From: Scenedesmus sp. PABB004
Taxonomy: Eukaryota
NCBI GenBank assembly: GCA_014905635.1
Contig: JABVCE010000018.1
Location: 496,001 to 560,000 of the forward strand
DNA: 64,000 nt
Direction: 5' to 3'
Each line of letters opens with the position of its first letter. Position 1 is the first letter of the stretch. Of this stretch, positions 58,870 to 64,000 are shown one piece after another. The notes under the pieces were generated by a model. That model was not told the DNA's origin, made no database searches, and saw only the letters and a list, made by a program, of their open reading frames with translations. The position numbers and the translations under genes are program-made.

Positions 58870-61800
58870 ATGGCGGCGGCGCCCGGCGGCATGATCGCGC
58901 CGCTGCCGCTCGAAGCGGCGGCGCGCGCGCGCGGCGCGGCGGCGGTCGCGGGCCTCCCGCACGCGCTCGCGGAGCTGGTGAGCAACGCCGTGGCGGCGGG
59001 CGCGCGCCGGGTGCACGTGGTCGTCGACGTGGACGCCTGGGCGGCGACGGTCGCGGACGACGGCGCCGGCATCGACCGCGCCTCGCTCGCCCTGCTCGGC
59101 GCGCCCGGCGCCACGTCGCGCGGCGCCGCCGGCGGCCGCGGCACGGCCCTGGCGGCGCTGGCGGCGCTCTGCGGCGAGCTGCACGTCACGTCGCGTGGCG
59201 CGGGCGCGTTTGAGACGTGGGCGCGCGCGCTCGCGCCGCCGGCCGCGGCGGCGGCGCCGCCGGCGCTGTGCGCGGCGCCGCGCCGGCGCCAGGGCACGAC
59301 CGTGGCATTCGCGCGCCTGCTGGAGAGCCAGCCGGTGCGGCGGCGCCAGCTCGCGGCGCGCGGGCATGCGGCGGCGCTCGCTGAGGTCGGCGCGGCGCTG
59401 CACGCGCTCCTGCTGCCGCACCCGGGCGTGGAGCTGCTGCTGCAGCAGGCGGGCAGCAGCACGGCGCTGCTGCACATGCCGCCGGTGAGCGAGGCGGGCG
59501 GGCGGGGGCGGAGCAGGGCTGGGGCGGGCGCCGCGCCGCCGCACGCGCGCGTCCTGCAAGCTGCGCGCCCGCGCCCGGCGCAGGACCGCACGCTGGCTTC
59601 GAACTGCGACGAGCTCTTTGCGGCGCACGCCAACCGCCTGCACCACTTTGCCACGCCGCCCGCCGCGCACGGCTGGCAGCTCGCCGGCGCGGCGCTCGCG
59701 CCGCCGGCGCCGTTCGGCGCGGCCGCGGCGCGGCTCGTCTACGTCAATGGCCGCCAGGCCGACTGCCCCGGCCTGGACGCGCTGCTGGGCGACTGGTACG
59801 GCCACGCGCTGCGCGCGCTGCAGGCCAGCGGCGCCGCCCCCGCGGGCAGCCGCGCGGGCGGGCGCGCGGCGGCGCCGGGCTACGTGCTAGCCATCACCTG
59901 CCCGCCAGCCGCGGCAGACGGCGCCACGGCCGGCTCGGCGGGCGGCCTGGCGCAGGTGGAGCTGGGCGGCAGCCTCGCCGCGCTGGCGCCGCTGCTGCAG
60001 GACGCGCTGGCGCCGGCGTGGGGTGCGATGCCGCGTGCCTGGCGCGCGGCCGCAAGCGCCGGCAGCGGCGGCGCCGGCAGCGGCGGCGCCGGCAGCGGGC
60101 GCGCCGGCAGCGGGCGCGGCGGCAGCGTGGGCGGCGGCAGCGGGCGCGCGGCCGCTCGCAGAACGGGCCCGGCGGCGGCGCCCGTCGCCGCCGGCCGTGC
60201 GCCGCTGGGGCAGCTGCTGCCGCTGCACGGCCTGCACATGGCCTCCCGCACGCGCAGCCTGGCGGGGCTGCAGGTGAGGGGGCGCTGGCTTGCAGGAGGA
60301 CGCCGCGGCGTGGGTGGCGAGGGGGTGCTGACCCGCCGCCCGCGCGCACCGCGTGCGCAGGCGGCCGACACACCGGCGGCGCCGTCGCAGCTGTGCGCAG
60401 CTGCAGCAGCACCGCGCACGCCAGCGCCAGAGCTGGACGGAGCGTGGAGTCCGCCGCCGGCAGGCGGCGCACGCACGGGCGCAGGCAGCGGCGGCCGTGC
60501 GGCGCCCTGCCTGCCCGGCGCCTCGCCCACGGCGCAGTGGCTCACTGTGCGAGAGCAGCGCCAGCAGCAGCCAGAGCAGGAGCTGTTTGGTGAGCTCTAC
60601 AGCCCGGCGTCGCCCTGGGCGCCGGGCCGCCGCCAGGCCAGCCTGCGCGGCGGCGACCAGCCCGGCGGCGACGCGTCCCCGCCGATCGCGAGCGTGCTCG
60701 ACGAGGCGTCGCCCGTGTGGCAGGCAGGCCTGCCTGCCAGGGGACTGGTGGTGCGGCTGGCGAGCCCGCTTGCCAGCCCCCTCGCCAGCCCGGGTGCGCA
60801 GCTGCCAGCCAGCGCGTGGCGCCGCGGCGCGGCGCAGCCGCTCGGGGCCTGGCTGGGGGGCGAGGCGCAGCAGCAGCTGCAGTGCCAGCATGAGCCGCAG
60901 CAGTGGCAGGAGTGCCACTGGCCGGGCTGCATCTGGAGCCCAGGCAGCAGCGGGAGCCCGCCGCCGCTGCCGGGCTTGACCGCGCTGCGCCGCCGCCCGG
61001 GGGTCGGGCCGTCGTCGCCCCCCTCACCGCCGGCTGGCGCGGAGCCCTCACCAGAGTCGGCCGGCGCCTCCCTGCGCCGCCTGGAGCAGCTGCTGGGCAG
61101 CCCCGTCAATGGCGCAGCGGCAGTGGGCGCCGACGGCTGGCAGTGTGCAGCCGCCTGCGGCGCGGAGCAGCACAACAGGCGGCCCGTGCCCTGCCCCGCC
61201 GGGTCGGAGGAGACGGTGCAGCAGCTTGAGCCGCGCCGCGGCCAGCAGGCGGAGAGCGCGGGCGCGGCAGTGCGCGCGGCCAGCACACCGCCCCGCCCGC
61301 TGCCCGGCGTGCACCTGCCGCCCTTTGCGCAGCGCCTGCTGCACTCGGCGCCGCCAGACGCCAAGCAGCGGCGGCGCTTTGCAGAGTCCGCCGCGCTGTG
61401 CGGCGGCGGCGGCGGCGGCAGTGCTGCGCGGCGGCTGGAGCTGGCGGCCGGCGGCGGCGGCCAGGCGGACGGCGCTGGCCAGGCCGACAGCAGCGGCGGC
61501 TCGTGCGGCGCGCCGGACCCTGCCGCCGCCCCTGAGGGCGCAGGCGCAGCGCGGCGGCGCAACAACTGCCCGCCGGTGCTGGCGCCGCCGCCGGAGGCCG
61601 TGCACCGCGCGCCACTGGCTGACGTCAGCAACGTCATGCCTCAGTGGCCGGCGAAGCCGCAGCGGCAGACCAAGCTCCCCTTCAAACCGCTGGCGCTGAC
61701 GACTGCCGTCGCCGCCCAGGGGCCGGCCGCTGCGGCAGCTGGCCCGGGGGCGCCGCTGCCGGGGACCGCCCTCAAGCGATCGGCGCCAGCGAGCGCGGCG

Positions 61801-63205
61801 GCGCCGCAGCGCCAGGACGGGGACGGTGCCAAGGTGCGCAAGCGTGTGAGGTTTGTGGAGCTCGACGGCGACGGCGGCGGCCCCCGCGCAGCAGGCGCGG
61901 CAGGCAGCCAGCCGGAGAGCGCGGTCGCGCTGGGGCCTGGCGACGGCAGCGGCGCCGGCGCCGGCGGCACCGCCTGCAGCAGGTTCTTCGTGCGGCCGGG
62001 CGCCAGCGCTGGCGCGCAGGGCGCGCGCGCCGCGGCGACCTCGCCCAGCGCCGTGCCGCCCGCCGCCGACGGCCGAGTGCTGTCCGTGGAGGAGCTGCAG
62101 CGCGGCGCGGCCGGCGGCACGCCACTCGTGCCCGGCAGCGTCACGCGCGAGCAGCTCCAGCAGGCGCGCCTGCTGTCGCAGGTGCGCGGGGCCGCGCCCC
62201 GGCGCCACCGCGGTGACTGCGCCACCGCGGTGACCACACCGCGCCGCCTGTCGCCTGGCCGCACGCAGGTGGACAGCAAGGTGCTCGTGACGCGCTGCGG
62301 TGGCACGCTGCTCTGCGTCGACCAGCACGCGGCGGACGAGCGCGTGCAGCTGGAGGCGCTGCAGGCGCGCCTGGCCGCGCAGCAGGCGCAGCAGCCGGCC
62401 GAGCGCCCGGCCGCCGGCAAGCGGCTGCTGCAGGAGCAGGCGCTGCGGCCGGCGGTCGCGCTGTGTCTGAGCCCGGTGGAGGCGCTCGCGCTGGCACAGC
62501 ACCGCGCGCGCGTGGAGGCCTGGGGCTGGCGCGTCGCGGTGCAGGGCGGCGGCGGCGGCGCGACGGCGAGCGCGCTGCTGCAGGCGGCGCCGGTGCTGGC
62601 GGGCGTGCAGCTGGGCGCGCTGGACCTGCAGGTGCGCCGCCGGGGCGCGTGCCGCCGCCGCTCCGCTCGCGCAGCGAGGCGTCCGCGCGGGTGCCTGCCG
62701 GGGCCGCCCATCTGACTGACCACCGTCTCCCCTCCTTGTTCCCACCAGCTCTACCTCCACCAGCTCGCCGAGACCGGCGGCGCCGCGCTGCCGCCGCCGG
62801 GCGTGCCGCGCGTGCTGAACAGCAAGGCCTGCCGCGGCGCGGTCATGTTTGGGACGCGCCTGGCGGACGAGGTGTGCGAGCGCCTGCTGGCGCAGCTGGC
62901 GGCCGCGCGGCTGTGCTTTGCGTGCGCACACGGGCGGTGAGCGCGATCGTCTGGCGCGCGGCGGGGGCCGCTGGCTGCGGCTCGCTGCAGCTGAGCGCCT
63001 ATCGTCGCCGCTGGCGCCCGTCGTTCGCAGGCCCACGACGGCGCCGCTCGCCGACCTGCCCGCCCTGGCGGCGCGGCTGGCGCAGCAGGCGCAGGCGCGC
63101 GCGCTCGGCGGGGTCGCAGCGGCCGGCGCAGCGGCGCGGGGCGGGCAAGGCCTGGCGGCGAGGCTGCGGCGGCTGCTGGCGGTGGGCATCGCTGCCGTCG
63201 CCTGA
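58870..63205 (+). CDS. MLH3: MutL homolog MLH3
   Basis: GHKL N-terminus (ELVSNAVAAGA, VADDGAGID, QGTTV, VYVNGR). Endonuclease motif VDQHAADERVQLEAL; SKACRGAVMFG; CFACAHGRPTTAPL. Confidence 0.9.
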
Positions 63206-63283
63206 GCAGCCGGCGCACGTTTGCACAACGCAACTTCGCGCGCGTCTCGGCGCAACCGCTGGCGCCCGCCGGGCCGCGCGTGC

Positions 63284-64000
63284 TCAGCCGCGCCGCAGCA
63301 GGCGTGCCACGCGCGGCCGCCTGCCCGCGTCACGGCCCGCCAGCAGCAGTCCCGCACCAAACACCAGCATGACGCCACCGATGCGGTGGACCAGGAACGA
63401 CATGCTGCACCGCGCGCACTGCCCCAGCAGCGCCTCGCTCGGCCGGGCGACGAGTGCGCGCAGCCGCCGGCGCGCGGCCGCCACGGCCTCGGGCGCGGTG
63501 GCGGGCACGCCGCCGGGGCCGCAGCACGGCAGCGCCAGCGTGCAGCTCGCGCCGCCGCTGTCGTGCAGAACGATCACCTCCAGCTGCTGGGCTGCGCAGC
63601 CGCGCTCCGCCGCACACTCGTCGCGCCCCCGGCGCCGCAGGCGCGCGCCTCGGCGCTGCGGGGCCGCGGCGCGCCCGGCGCATGTGCGAGGCAGGCCGCG
63701 CTGCCGCGGCGGTGGTGCTGCACGCACACGCCGCCGCGCAGCTCGAGGCGGCGCAGCGCGGGCGGCAGCCAGCAGGGCGTGATGACGGGGGGTGGCCCGG
63801 TGAGCGCGGAGATGACGCGTAGCACGTGCTCGCCGGCGGCGGGCTGCGTCACGGCGTCGCTCCAGCGCGTTGCGGGCATGCGCATCTCGAGCGACACCGC
63901 GAGCAGCGACAGCGCGGGGCTCGTGCCGGCGACCACGCAGTGCCCGCGCCAGCCCCGGGCAAAGGGCTGGCCCTTGAGCCACTCGAGCCAGCCGCCCGCG
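63284..64000 (-). CDS. 3' part of a hypothetical protein with C-terminal hydrophobic segment
   Basis: Codon-biased frames (SLEMRMPATRWSDAVTQP.., LEVIVLHDSGG..IGGVMLVFGAGLLLAGR*); runs off the window end. Confidence 0.5.
   Translation of the reverse strand, partial: RGRLARVAQGPALCPGLARALRGRRHEPRAVAARGVARDAHARNALERRRDAARRRRARATRHLRAHRATPRHHALLAAARAAPPRAARRRVRAAPPPRQRGLPRTCAGRAAAPQRRGARLRRRGRDECAAERGCAAQQLEVIVLHDSGGASCTLALPCCGPGGVPATAPEAVAAARRRLRALVARPSEALLGQCARCSMSFLVHRIGGVMLVFGAGLLLAGRDAGRRPRVARLLRRG

Overview
Very GC-rich (~78-80% by eye), gene-dense, intron-rich eukaryotic nuclear DNA. It is most consistent with a chlorophyte green alga (Sphaeropleales-like; inference from gene content, codon usage and intron style). 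About 22 spliced or unspliced protein genes are recognisable: ASY1/HOP1-like (3' part), two inverted copies of a BTB-BACK gene, RNA polymerase III subunit RPC2 (~25 exons), ECO1/CTF7, a NAR1/FNT transporter, a METTL21-like methyltransferase, an RNFT1-like RING protein, a tandem CCCH zinc-finger protein, a receptor-like TKL kinase, AMSH, a cyclin, a CRM + dienelactone-hydrolase-like fusion, a GATA-like finger + SET protein, a Deg protease, HslV, Erv1, DUF2358, NERD1-like FG-GAP, MLH3 and two hypotheticals. The most striking non-coding signal lies in the longest RPC2 intron (9305-10568). It is a tandem array of five RNA hairpins with near-constant scaffolds, each carrying a variable ~22-23-nt segment on one arm, mostly starting with U on the transcribed strand. 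This suggests a 'reprogrammed' intronic small-RNA (miRNA-like/guide) cassette array. Two further long hairpins sit in other RPC2 introns. Also notable are frequent GC-AG introns, a 2.3-kb inverted duplication that captured the last RPC2 codons, and several enzyme-derived domain fusions. Most ORFs in the supplied track are GC-driven shadows. At least one frameshift in an essential gene falls in a homopolymer, so indel assembly errors are likely. Exon boundaries were read by eye and are approximate.
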